Shown here: positions 10,382 through 20,046 of the stretch, in pieces
How positions within the stretch are numbered: position 1 is the stretch's first letter
How the letters are laid out: each line of letters starts with the position of its first letter
NCBI GenBank assembly: GCA_046347635.1
Contig: JAXMFT010000004.1
Location: 153,958-217,957, forward strand
DNA from: Burkholderiales bacterium
GTDB taxonomy: Bacteria > Pseudomonadota > Gammaproteobacteria > Burkholderiales > SG8-39
DNA: 64,000 nt
Reading direction: 5' to 3'
Notes under the pieces: generated by a model
The model's database searches: none
What the model was told of the DNA's origin: nothing
What the model saw: the letters and a program-made list of their open reading frames with translations, nothing else
Made by a program: the position numbers and the translations under genes

Positions 10382-11056
10382 GTGGATCTGCTCGATTTCG
10401 CGCGCGGGCCCGCGCTCTGGACGTCGATCGCGGTCTGCATCCTCGGGCTCGCCTGGCGGCTGTCGGCCATCCTCCGGCGGCCCGCGCGGCCCGACTGGTC
10501 GGCGCCGCGCAGCACTGCGACGAGCGCCGGCGCGCTGCGGATGATCGTGCGCCGGACGTGGCATCACGAGACCTTCCGCGAGCGCACGTTCCTGAGCTCG
10601 CTCAACGCGTACGCCTATCACGTCGGGCTCGCGCTCGTCTTCTTCGGGTTCCTGCCGCACATCGAGTTCATCCGGCGGCTGACGGGGCTCGCCTGGCCGG
10701 CGGTGCCGGGATGGCTCTTCGTCCTCGCGGTCGCAGCGACGTTCGTCGGGCTCGGCTGGGCGCTGATCGCACGGCTCACCAATCCTGTGCTGAAACTCCT
10801 GTCCGGGTTCGACGACTACTTCAGCTGGGGCGTCACGATCCTGCCGCTGATCACCGGCATGGCGGTGATCGGCCTCGCGCTCGATCAGCCGTACCCGGCG
10901 CGGCCGCTCGCGCCGGTGCCGGTCGCGATCCATCTGCTGTCGCTCGAGCTACTGCTCGTGTGGCTGCCGTTCGGCAAGCTCTCCCACGCGTTCCTCGTGT
11001 TCCTGTCGCGCGGGTACACCGGCGCCGCGTTCGCCCGCAAGGGAGCCGAACCGTGA
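10382..11056 (+). CDS. NarI/DsrM-like membrane di-haem cytochrome b subunit
   Basis: Five predicted TM helices with conserved His (WHHETF, YAYHVG, IHLLS..., KLSHAF). Architecture of the nitrate reductase gamma-subunit family. Start/stop overlaps the Fe-S partner. Confidence 0.75.
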   Translation: MDLLDFARGPALWTSIAVCILGLAWRLSAILRRPARPDWSAPRSTATSAGALRMIVRRTWHHETFRERTFLSSLNAYAYHVGLALVFFGFLPHIEFIRRLTGLAWPAVPGWLFVLAVAATFVGLGWALIARLTNPVLKLLSGFDDYFSWGVTILPLITGMAVIGLALDQPYPARPLAPVPVAIHLLSLELLLVWLPFGKLSHAFLVFLSRGYTGAAFARKGAEP

Positions 11057-12405
11057 GCGACATCGACGCGACGCATCCGGTCGACCTCGAGTCGAAGCGG
11101 TTCTCGATCAGGAAGCCGGAGGTGCGCTACGACAAGCAGGGCGAGCGGCCCGACTCGGACCGCCTCGCGGCGGCGATGCAGGCGTTCGTGCAGGACATGG
11201 GACGCGCGGCCGCGACGTACCTGGAGTCGTGCATCCACTGCGGCAACTGCGCGGAGGCATGCCACTTCTACGTCCAGACCGGCGACCCGAAGTACACGCC
11301 GATCTGGAAGCTCGAGCCGTTCAAGCAGGCGTACAAGCGCACGGTCGGGCCGTTCGCGTGGCTGTACCGCGCGCTCAACCTGAAGCACGCGGTCACGGTC
11401 GAGCAGCTGCAGGAATGGCAACACCTCCTCTACGATTCGTGCACCGTGTGCGGCCGCTGCTCGATGATCTGCCCGATGGGCATCGACATCGCGTCGCTCG
11501 TGAGCCAGGCGCGGCACGGCATGTTCGCCGCGGGTCTCGTGCCGCACGAGCTGTGGGCGGTCGCCGAGCGCGCCGAGCGCGAGGGCAGCCCGCTCGGGGC
11601 CACGCCGAAGGTGTTCGCGGACCGCGTCGAGTGGCTCGCGGACGACTTCGAGGTCGAGCTGCCGCTCGATCGGCCCGAGGCCGAGGTGCTGGTGACGTTC
11701 TCGTCGATCGAGATCATGAAGTATCCCGCATCGCTGGTGGCCACCGCGCGCATCCTGCAGCACGCCGGCTATTCGTGGACGCTGTCGACGAAGGGCTACG
11801 AGGCGACCAACTTCGGGCTGCTCTCGGGCAACGCCGCGTGGCAGCGCGACATGACGATGAAGCTCGTCGACGCCGCCATCGCATGCGGGGCGAAAGTGCT
11901 GGTGCTGCCGGAGTGCGGGCACGCGTACACCGCGCTGCGCTGGATGGGCGCGAACGCGTACGGCAAGCCCCTGCCGTTCCGCGTGCTGCACATCTCGGAG
12001 TTTCTGGCCGAGAGCGTGCAGAACGGGCGCCTCAGGCTGCAGAAGGTGCCGAAGTCGCTCGCGTTCCACGACCCCTGCCAGGTGTCGCGGCGGGGCGGCG
12101 CGGTCGCCGCGCCGCGCGTCGTGCTCGCAGCGCTCGGTGTCGAGCTGCGCGAGACGCGCGATCACGGCAGCCTCGGCTGGTGCTGCGGCGGGGGCGGGGG
12201 CGTGGTGACGATCCACCGCGCCGACCCGCTGCGCTACAAGGCGTTCGAGATCAAGATGAGCCAGCTCGACGCCACCGGCGCCGAGCTGACCGTGACGAGC
12301 TGCGGCAACTGCCGCCAGACGTTCGACGACGGCCAGGCCCACTTCGGGTGGGCCCGGACGATGGGGAGCCTGCTCGAGCTCGTGGCCGCGAACCTGCGCG
12401 ACTGA
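11053..12405 (+). CDS. HdrD/DsrK-like (Fe-S)-binding protein with CCG domain
   Basis: CIHCGNCAEAC and CTVCGRCSMICP ferredoxin motifs. C-terminal Cys-rich CCG-type motifs (PECGHAY, DPCQVSRR, GWCCGGGGG, CGNC). GTGA overlap with the upstream gene. Confidence 0.85.
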   Translation: MSDIDATHPVDLESKRFSIRKPEVRYDKQGERPDSDRLAAAMQAFVQDMGRAAATYLESCIHCGNCAEACHFYVQTGDPKYTPIWKLEPFKQAYKRTVGPFAWLYRALNLKHAVTVEQLQEWQHLLYDSCTVCGRCSMICPMGIDIASLVSQARHGMFAAGLVPHELWAVAERAEREGSPLGATPKVFADRVEWLADDFEVELPLDRPEAEVLVTFSSIEIMKYPASLVATARILQHAGYSWTLSTKGYEATNFGLLSGNAAWQRDMTMKLVDAAIACGAKVLVLPECGHAYTALRWMGANAYGKPLPFRVLHISEFLAESVQNGRLRLQKVPKSLAFHDPCQVSRRGGAVAAPRVVLAALGVELRETRDHGSLGWCCGGGGGVVTIHRADPLRYKAFEIKMSQLDATGAELTVTSCGNCRQTFDDGQAHFGWARTMGSLLELVAANLRD

Positions 12406-12411
12406 GGCGCC

Positions 12412-12552
12412 CTACCGCGCCTTCGGCGCGCCGGGGGCGAGTCCGGGCGGCGGGGGCAGGGTGACGCCCTTCTCACCTGCGGCCGCGGGCATCGGCGCCG
12501 CGCCGAGCACCGCCGCGACCGGGATCGCGATGAAGCCGAGTCTGCGAATCAT
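12412..12552 (-). CDS. Hypothetical small secreted Pro-rich peptide (46 aa); weak call
   Basis: MIRRLGFIAIPVAAVLGAAPMPAAAGEKGVTLPPPPGLAPGAPKAR is signal-peptide-like, with GGGAG upstream. There is no family evidence. Confidence 0.25.
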   Translation of the reverse strand: MIRRLGFIAIPVAAVLGAAPMPAAAGEKGVTLPPPPGLAPGAPKAR

Positions 12553-12751
12553 GTTCGCTCCCGTGGAGGACGAGAGCCGGGCCGGGATCCGAGCGCCCAC
12601 CATTGCCGGCGATTGAACGGCAATCCCCCGCATCCTGCCCGTCGCGCAAGAAGCCGCGCCGGCAGGATGCGATCACATTGTAAGTGATTGCTGACTTATG
12701 TCGTCGGCGCTTCGGACCGGCGCGCAGCCATGCAACTGGCGCAGACAGGGA

Positions 12752-12781
12752 CTTGAGCGGGGCGACCGATGGCCCTATAAT
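12752..12781 (+). promoter_or_regulatory. Heat-shock (sigma32-like) promoter candidate for groESL
   Basis: CTTGAG-N15-CCCTATAAT resembles CTTGAA-N13-17-CCCCATNT. It abuts the CIRCE element. Confidence 0.45.
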
Positions 12782-12807
12782 TAGCACTCGACCGGATCGA
12801 GTGCTAG
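12781..12807 (+). promoter_or_regulatory. CIRCE operator (HrcA binding site)
   Basis: TTAGCACTC-GACCGGATC-GAGTGCTAG is a 17/18 match to TTAGCACTC-N9-GAGTGCTAA, 77 nt upstream of groES. Confidence 0.9.
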
Positions 12808-12883
12808 CAGATCGGTCCGTCTGTTTTCCGCGGCCGCTTGAGGTGAGCGACCGCTAACTAACCATCGATAGGAGGCGCATTTC

Positions 12884-13171
12884 ATGAAGATCCGTCCATT
12901 GCACGACCGCGTGATCGTCAAGCGGCTCGAGGCCGAGAGCAAGAGCGCAGGCGGGATCGTGATCCCGGACACCGCGGGCGAGAAGCCCGACCAGGGCGAG
13001 GTGATCGCGGTCGGGCCGGGCAAGCGCAACGACGACGGGAAGCGCGAGGCGCTCGACGTGAAAGTGGGCGACCGCATCCTGTTCGGCAAGTACTCGGGCA
13101 CGACCGTCAAGATCGAAGGCACCGAATACCTCGTGATGCGCGAGGAAGACATCATGGGCGTCGTCGCCTGA
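12884..13171 (+). CDS. groES: Co-chaperonin GroES
   Basis: [29 protein letters not shown]... Confidence 0.98.
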   Translation: MKIRPLHDRVIVKRLEAESKSAGGIVIPDTAGEKPDQGEVIAVGPGKRNDDGKREALDVKVGDRILFGKYSGTTVKIEGTEYLVMREEDIMGVVA

Positions 13172-15020
<1,849 letters not shown>

Positions 15021-15051
15021 CGTTACCCTCCCTCCCCGAAGTCAGAGGTAC

Positions 15052-15081
15052 GAACGGCCCCGCGATCGCGGGGCCGTTTTC
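15052..15081. terminator. Bidirectional palindromic terminator between groEL and the convergent oxidoreductase gene
   Basis: ACGGCCCCGCGA|TCGCGGGGCCGT is a perfect palindrome followed by TTTT on the + strand. Confidence 0.7.
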
Positions 15082-15083
15082 GT

Positions 15084-16100
15084 TCAGCCGTGGCGTAGCC
15101 TGATCAGGCGCTTGCCGAGGTTCTCGCCGCGGTACAGGCCGGCGATCGCGCCCGGCGCCTGCTCGATGCCGTCGAGGATGTCCTCGCGGTAGCGCAGCTT
15201 CCCGGCGCGCACCCAGTCGGCGAGGCGGCCGACCGCCTCCTCGTAGCGGCGCTGCCAGTCGAACACGATGAAGCCCTGCATGCGCGCGCGCTTGACGAGC
15301 AGGTGGCGCTCGACGCGCGGCCCGGTCGGCGGCGGGTCCCAGCTCGCCACCGAAGCGGTGCCGCAGATGACGATGCGCGCCCCGATCGCCAGGTGGCGCA
15401 GGACCGCGTCGCTGATCGGGCCCGCGGTGTTGTCGAAGTAGACGTCGATCCCGCGCGGGCATGCCTGCCCGAGCGCGGCGTCGAGGTCGCCGGCCTTGTA
15501 GTCGATGGCGGCGTCGTAGCCGAATTCCTCGCGGCACAGCGCGACCTTGGTCGGGCCGCCGGCGATGCCCACGGTCCGGCAGCCCGCGAGCTGCGCGATC
15601 TGCCCGACCGTCGCGCCGACGGCGCCCGCGGCGGTCGAGACGACCACCGTCTCGCCCGGTCGCGGCGCGCCGACCTCGAGCAGCGCGAAGTACGCAGTAA
15701 TGCCGTTGAGGCCGAGGACGCCGAGCGACGCCGAAAGCGGCAGGTCGGTCTCCCTGACCTTGCGCGTCACCGTGCTGCCGTCGCTCACCGCGAACTCCTG
15801 CCAGCCGAAGACTCCCATCACGCGGTCGCCCGACGCGTAGCCCGGGTGGCGCGAGGCGACGACCTCGCCCGCCGCGACCGAGCGCATCACCTCGCCGATG
15901 CCCACCGGCTGCGAGTAGTTCGCGACCGCGCTGACCCAACCGCGCATCGCCGGGTCGACCGAGAGGAAATCGTTGCGGACCAGGAACTCGCCGTCCCTCA
16001 GTGCGGGCACCGGCGCCGTGACGAGCTCGAAGTGCCCCGCCTGCGGAATGCCGGCCGGGCGCTCCCGGAGCCGCACCTGACGATTGACCGATGGCGCCAT
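15084..16100 (-). CDS. NADP-dependent oxidoreductase, MDR superfamily (YncB/CurA-like)
   Basis: MAPSVNRQVRLRERPAGIPQAGHFELV..., Rossmann motif AAGAVGATVGQIA. SD GGAAAGGAG before ATG 16100. Confidence 0.88.
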   Translation of the reverse strand: MAPSVNRQVRLRERPAGIPQAGHFELVTAPVPALRDGEFLVRNDFLSVDPAMRGWVSAVANYSQPVGIGEVMRSVAAGEVVASRHPGYASGDRVMGVFGWQEFAVSDGSTVTRKVRETDLPLSASLGVLGLNGITAYFALLEVGAPRPGETVVVSTAAGAVGATVGQIAQLAGCRTVGIAGGPTKVALCREEFGYDAAIDYKAGDLDAALGQACPRGIDVYFDNTAGPISDAVLRHLAIGARIVICGTASVASWDPPPTGPRVERHLLVKRARMQGFIVFDWQRRYEEAVGRLADWVRAGKLRYREDILDGIEQAPGAIAGLYRGENLGKRLIRLRHG

Positions 16101-16237
16101 CGACTGCTCCTTTCCGGGGATGCCGCCCATCGTGACAGATCGTGCCGGGGCGATCCAGCCGCAGCGTGCCCTTTGCTACACTGGCCCGCGGCCCGTCATG
16201 GGGCAGCGCAGGGGGCCGGGGCAGGGGGAGTGCAGCG

Positions 16238-16927
16238 GTGCGGATCCTGATCGCCGAAGACGACGCGGTCCTCGCGGACGGCCTCACGCGCAGCCTGCGC
16301 CAGTCCGGCTACTCGGTGGACTGCGTGAAGGACGGCGCGGCGGCCGACGCGGCGCTCGCCACGGCGCAGTTCGACCTGCTGATCCTCGACGTCGGGCTGC
16401 CGCGCATCTCGGGCTTCGAGGTGCTCAAGCGCCTGCGCGGGCGGGGCTCCGCGCTGCCGGTCCTGATCCTCACCGCGCTCGACGGCGTCGACGACCGCGT
16501 GCGCGGCCTCGACCTGGGCGCCGACGACTATCTCGCGAAGCCGTTCGCGCTGCAGGAGCTCGAGGCGCGCGTGCGCGCGCTCACGCGGCGCGGGCAGGCG
16601 GCGAGCGCCGTGGTGCTGCGGCACGGCGAGCTCGCCTACGACCAGGTGGGCAAGGTGGCCGCGATCCGCGGGCGGATGCTCGACCTCTCCGCGCGCGAGC
16701 TCGCGCTGCTCGAGATCCTGCTGCAGCGCCCGGGGCGGATGGTGAACAAGGAGCAGATCGTCGATCTCCTGTGCCAGTGGGGCGAGGAGGTGAGCACCAA
16801 CGCGGTCGAGGTGTACATCCACCGCCTGCGCAGGAAGCTCGAGCCCGGCGGCGTCAAGATCGCGACGGTGCGCGGCCTCGGTTACTGCCTCGAGAAGGCC
16901 GCCGATGGCGCGCGAAAAGCAACATAG
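16238..16927 (+). CDS. OmpR-family response regulator (QseB/TctD-like)
   Basis: (V)RILIAEDD...LLILDVGLP...ADDYLAKPF receiver domain plus a winged-helix C-terminus (VEVYIHRLRRKL). GTG 16238 preceded by GGGGGAG. Confidence 0.9.
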   Translation: MRILIAEDDAVLADGLTRSLRQSGYSVDCVKDGAAADAALATAQFDLLILDVGLPRISGFEVLKRLRGRGSALPVLILTALDGVDDRVRGLDLGADDYLAKPFALQELEARVRALTRRGQAASAVVLRHGELAYDQVGKVAAIRGRMLDLSARELALLEILLQRPGRMVNKEQIVDLLCQWGEEVSTNAVEVYIHRLRRKLEPGGVKIATVRGLGYCLEKAADGARKAT

Positions 16928-18326
16928 CCAGAAGTCGGTCTTCGGCGAGATCGTCGACTGGACGCTCGCGCCGCTGCTGATCCTGTGGCCGGTCAGCATG
17001 GCGATCCAGTACTTCTTCGCGTACTCGATCGCCAACAACGCGTACGACCGCGAGCTGCGCGACAGCGTCGTCGCGGTTTCCAAGCAGCTCCATCTCGCCG
17101 CCGGGCAGCTGGCGGTGAACGACGTTGCGGCGGCGGCGGTGATCGTGCGCGCCGACGACGACGACGCGACCTACTTCCAGGTGCGCGACCAGCGCAACGC
17201 GCTCGTCGGCGGCGAGGCGGCGCTGCCCGCGGCCGAGTTCACCCCGGAGATGGAGCCGCACCGGGTGTACTTCCGCGACGACCACATTCCGGGCGCCGAG
17301 CTGCGCGTGGCGTACATGTTCGCGCAGGTGCCGGGCATGAGCGGCGCCGCCCTGGTGCAGGTGGCCGAGACCGTGCGCAAGCGCAGCCGCCTCGCGAGCG
17401 AGATCATCGGCGACGTGCTCGCGGCGCAGTTCCTCATCGTCCCGGTGGCGCTGCTGTTCGTGTGGCTCGGGCTCACCCGCGGCATCGAGCCGCTGAACGA
17501 TCTCACTGCGGCCATCCACGGGCGCAAGCCCGGCGACCTCGCCCCGATCGACGAGGCGGGGGCGCCGGACGAGGTGCGCCCGCTCCTCGGCGCGTTCAAC
17601 GAGCTGCTCGCGCGGCTCGACGCCAGCCTGCGCGCCCAGCAGCGCTTCGTGGCCGACGCCGCGCACCAGATGCGCACCCCGCTCGCCGGCCTGAAGATGC
17701 AGGCCGAGATCGCGATGCGCCAGCGCGACCCGGTCAACCTCCAGCACGCCATGCGGCAGATCGTCGCCAGCGCGGACCGCACCGCGCACCTGATCAACCA
17801 GCTCCTCGCGCTCGCGCGCACCGACAGCGATGCCCCGCCCGCGCTGCAGCCGCTCGACCTCGACCGGCTCGTGCGCGACGTGGCGCGCGAATGGGTGCCG
17901 CGCGCCCAGGAGAAGGACATCGACCTCGGGTTCGAGGCGGCCGACGCGCCCGCCTGGGTGGAGGGCAACGCGGCGCTGCTGCGCGAGCTGCTCGCGAACC
18001 TCGTGGACAACGCGATCCGCTACACCCCGGCCGGCGGGCGGGTGACCGTGCGCGTCGCCGCGGGCGAGGGCGTGACGCTCGAGATCGAGGACACGGGGAT
18101 CGGCATCGCGGAGAGCGACCGCGAGCTCGTGTTCGAGCGCTTCTACCGCGTCCTCGGCACCGGGGCCGAGGGTTCCGGGCTCGGGCTGCCGATCGTGCGC
18201 GGCATCGCCCACCTGCACGGCGCGAGCGTGGCGCTGCTGCCGCATCCGCGCGAGCGCGGGACGGTGGCGCGCGTCGCCTTTCCGCGCGCCGCGGGCGCGC
18301 CCGAGCGTCTCCGGCCGGCGGCATAG
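16905..18326 (+). CDS. Sensor histidine kinase (QseC/TctE-like)
   Basis: Two TM segments, H-box FVADAAHQMRTPL, N-box LVDNAIRYTP, G-boxes EDTGIGI and GSGLGLPIV. Overlaps the regulator by 23 nt. Confidence 0.9.
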   Translation: MAREKQHSQKSVFGEIVDWTLAPLLILWPVSMAIQYFFAYSIANNAYDRELRDSVVAVSKQLHLAAGQLAVNDVAAAAVIVRADDDDATYFQVRDQRNALVGGEAALPAAEFTPEMEPHRVYFRDDHIPGAELRVAYMFAQVPGMSGAALVQVAETVRKRSRLASEIIGDVLAAQFLIVPVALLFVWLGLTRGIEPLNDLTAAIHGRKPGDLAPIDEAGAPDEVRPLLGAFNELLARLDASLRAQQRFVADAAHQMRTPLAGLKMQAEIAMRQRDPVNLQHAMRQIVASADRTAHLINQLLALARTDSDAPPALQPLDLDRLVRDVAREWVPRAQEKDIDLGFEAADAPAWVEGNAALLRELLANLVDNAIRYTPAGGRVTVRVAAGEGVTLEIEDTGIGIAESDRELVFERFYRVLGTGAEGSGLGLPIVRGIAHLHGASVALLPHPRERGTVARVAFPRAAGAPERLRPAA

Positions 18327-18466
18327 CGGCCGCGCGCTCCGTCTGCCCGTGTCGTTTCGCGCATTCGCCCGTGCGGCCGGGTTGCTCCCCGCGCCGGCGC
18401 TGGCAATAATGGCCGCACGACACGAACGATACGCAGTCGCCGGGAGAACGACGGCAAGGGGGCGAC

Positions 18467-18985
18467 ATGGACCGCAGCGCCGTGCTCGCGAAGACCGCGA
18501 AGGGCCTCGAGGAGGTCAAGTCGCGCGCGCACGGCCTGCCGCAGAAGCAGCGCACGATCCTCATCATGGTCGACGGGGTCGCGTCCGTCGGCGACATCGT
18601 GGCGAAGTTCGGCGGCATCCCCGAGATCGCCGCGGCGCTGGATGCGCTCGTGCGCGGCGGGTTCGTCGAGGTCAGGCGCGCCGGCAGCGGGTCGACCGCG
18701 CCCTCCGCTGCGGCGCCGCCGCCGGCCATCGCAGTCGCCGGGCCGCCGACCGCGCCGCAGTCGCGTGCCGAGGCCCTGTCGGTACTGACGCGGTTCCTTC
18801 ACGACCACCTCGGCCCCGACGCCGATCTCGTCACGGGCGCGCTCGAGAAGGCGCGCACGCCCGCCGAGTTCACCGCGGCGGCCGAGCGCTGCGCCGGCAT
18901 GCTCGCGGCGGTGCGCGGGGCGCAGAAGGCCCAGGTCTTCCGCGATCGGGCCAGCGCGTTCGCCGCGACCCACCTGGGCGGCTGA
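18467..18985 (+). CDS. Hypothetical protein (two small helical domains joined by an Ala/Pro linker)
   Basis: ATG with AAGGGGG SD. Coding-like composition. No family recognised. Confidence 0.6.
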   Translation: MDRSAVLAKTAKGLEEVKSRAHGLPQKQRTILIMVDGVASVGDIVAKFGGIPEIAAALDALVRGGFVEVRRAGSGSTAPSAAAPPPAIAVAGPPTAPQSRAEALSVLTRFLHDHLGPDADLVTGALEKARTPAEFTAAAERCAGMLAAVRGAQKAQVFRDRASAFAATHLGG

Positions 18986-19007
18986 GCGCCGCGCGCGCCG
19001 GCGTCGG

Positions 19008-19628
19008 GTGTCGCCTTCCTCGGGGGCGGCGGCCGGGGCGACGGGGACCTCGTTCGTGCTCGGTCGCGCATTCCGGGTGACGTTCGCGCCGGAGCGCGAG
19101 TGGGGCGCGATCGCGCGCGATCGGCCGGCCGCGCTCGGCGTGCTCGTGGGCCACGTGCTGCCCCTCGCAGCGATTCCGGCGGTGGCCTGGATGATCGGGC
19201 TGGCGGCGTTCGGCCTGGAGCTCGTGCTGGTCGGCGAGCCGATCCGCCGCCCCGGTCCGGCGGCGATCCTGCACGCCGGCGTGGTCGCGTATCTGGGGTC
19301 GATCGTCTCGGTGGCGCTGCTCGCCGGGGCGTTCGCGCTCCTCGCCCCGATGTACGGCGGGCGGCGCGACTGGGGGAGCGCCTGGACCGTCGCGGCCTTC
19401 GGGTCGACGCCCCTGTGGCTCGCCGGCGTGATGCTGCTCAAGCCGGCGGCCTTCATAGCGATGCTGCCGGTCGTCCTGTACGTCGCCTATCTCTACCACC
19501 GCGGCCTGCACGCCCTCGGGCTGGTGCGCAAGCGGGACGCGGCCGAGTGCGTCGCGATCGCCTTTCTGCTGCTCTTCGCGGCCTCCACGCTTCTGGGAGG
19601 CCTTCTGGGTCGCGCGGGATTCCTGTGA
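19008..19628 (+). CDS. Yip1-domain (DUF1282-like) multi-pass membrane protein
   Basis: FAPEREWGAIA... followed by five hydrophobic helices typical of bacterial Yip1 proteins. Start uncertain (GTG 19008 or GTG 19056). Confidence 0.65.
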   Translation: MSPSSGAAAGATGTSFVLGRAFRVTFAPEREWGAIARDRPAALGVLVGHVLPLAAIPAVAWMIGLAAFGLELVLVGEPIRRPGPAAILHAGVVAYLGSIVSVALLAGAFALLAPMYGGRRDWGSAWTVAAFGSTPLWLAGVMLLKPAAFIAMLPVVLYVAYLYHRGLHALGLVRKRDAAECVAIAFLLLFAASTLLGGLLGRAGFL

Positions 19629-19780
19629 GGGCAGGCGTGATGCGTCGCAGCAAATCCTCCCCCCCACCCGTAAGGGCCGTGTAAGGTTCCCTCACTACGC
19701 TGCGCGCAATAAGTCACGAAATCCAGCGCAAAGAAGCCCGGATCACCGGGTCCCGATCCACTTCCGGCACGGAGGACTTC

Positions 19781-20044
19781 ATGGAGCTCTCGGAGAAGCA
19801 CCGCGAGTACTGGCGCAAGAACGTCACGATCACGGCCATCCTGCTCGCGATCTGGTTCGTCGTCACGTTCGTCGTCGGCTACCTCGCGCGCGACGTGTTC
19901 TCGTTCAATTTCTTCGGCTGGACGTTTGCGTTCTGGTCGGGGGCGCAGGGGGCGCTCGTCGTCTACGTTCTCATCATCTGGTTCTATGCGCGCTACATGA
20001 ATGCGCTCGACCAGCAGTACGGCGTGGCGGAAGGGGAGGACTGA
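19781..20044 (+). CDS. DUF4212 small membrane subunit of a solute:sodium symporter
   Basis: EKHREYWRKNVTITAILLAIWFVVTF...GAQGALVVYVLIIWFYARYMN. Sits 2 nt upstream of the SSS permease. Confidence 0.88.
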   Translation: MELSEKHREYWRKNVTITAILLAIWFVVTFVVGYLARDVFSFNFFGWTFAFWSGAQGALVVYVLIIWFYARYMNALDQQYGVAEGED

Positions 20045-20046
20045 CC

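Noticed and set aside
12601-12669. Hairpins TTGCCG...CGGCAA (12603-12623) and CATCCTGCC-N21-GGCAGGATG (12631-12669) upstream of groES.
   Set aside because: They are not followed by U tracts on either strand and match no motif I know. They may be incidental GC-rich secondary structure.
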